Source: Patescibacteria group bacterium
GTDB taxonomy: Bacteria; Patescibacteriota; Patescibacteriia; UBA9934
Length of the DNA: 64,000 nt
Direction of reading: 5' to 3'
Assembly: GCA_041660165.1 (NCBI GenBank)
Contig: JBAZWW010000002.1
Coordinates: 43,290-107,289, forward strand
The notes beneath the pieces were generated by a model. It worked only from the letters and a program-made list of their open reading frames with translations, was not told the DNA's origin and searched no databases. A program made the position numbers and the translations under genes. Each line of letters opens with the position of its first letter. Position 1 is the stretch's first letter. This document shows, piece by piece, positions 63,982 through 64,000 of this stretch.

Positions 63982-64000
63982 GACTGTGGTCTTCCGCTCC

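Noticed and set aside
1-64000. CRISPR arrays, rRNA genes, transposases
   Set aside because: No regularly spaced direct repeats with unique spacers were seen. No rRNA-like conserved blocks. No DDE/HUH transposase motifs in any ORF.

Overview
This 64 kb window looks like a piece of a small-genome, CPR/Patescibacteria-like bacterial chromosome; that taxonomic placement is inferred from gene content only. It is densely coding and dominated by housekeeping genes, with GC judged by eye, not computed. These include five aminoacyl-tRNA synthetases (ileS, trpS, valS-tyrS-argS), RNase J, NusA, YidC, SecG, RuvA, ribosomal protein L19, CCA-adding enzyme, anaerobic ribonucleotide reductase nrdD/nrdG and an ECF sigma factor. 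A large cell-envelope cluster holds a FemAB-like enzyme, four glycosyltransferases, a polyprenyl-phosphate sugar transferase, an O-antigen-ligase-like protein and two large surface proteins. I identified six tRNAs and an RNase P RNA (rnpB) that the ORF track does not explain.

The most notable signal is a family of at least eleven short palindromic repeats, with core TGAGCG-nnn-GCGAAGG and flanks CATCC / GGATC. They sit directly after stop codons, occur as two nested about 75 bp elements, and two copies appear to lie in frame inside ileS and valS, which resembles Rickettsia palindromic elements.

Other points worth a second look:
- nrdD appears split: its glycyl-radical motif is in a separate small ORF whose stop overlaps the nrdG start.
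- A 2.8 kb GC-rich block of hypothetical minus-strand genes lies next to rnpB.
- A eukaryote-like SET-domain protein sits beside a RhuM-family gene and a kinase/HD pair.
- A Cys-rich, possibly VirB2-like secreted protein sits next to a CxxS DsbA-like protein.
- A tRNA-Ile carries a UAU anticodon.
- A perfect 19-bp inverted repeat precedes a GC-rich ORF near the window end.

No CRISPR array, rRNA or transposase was seen.
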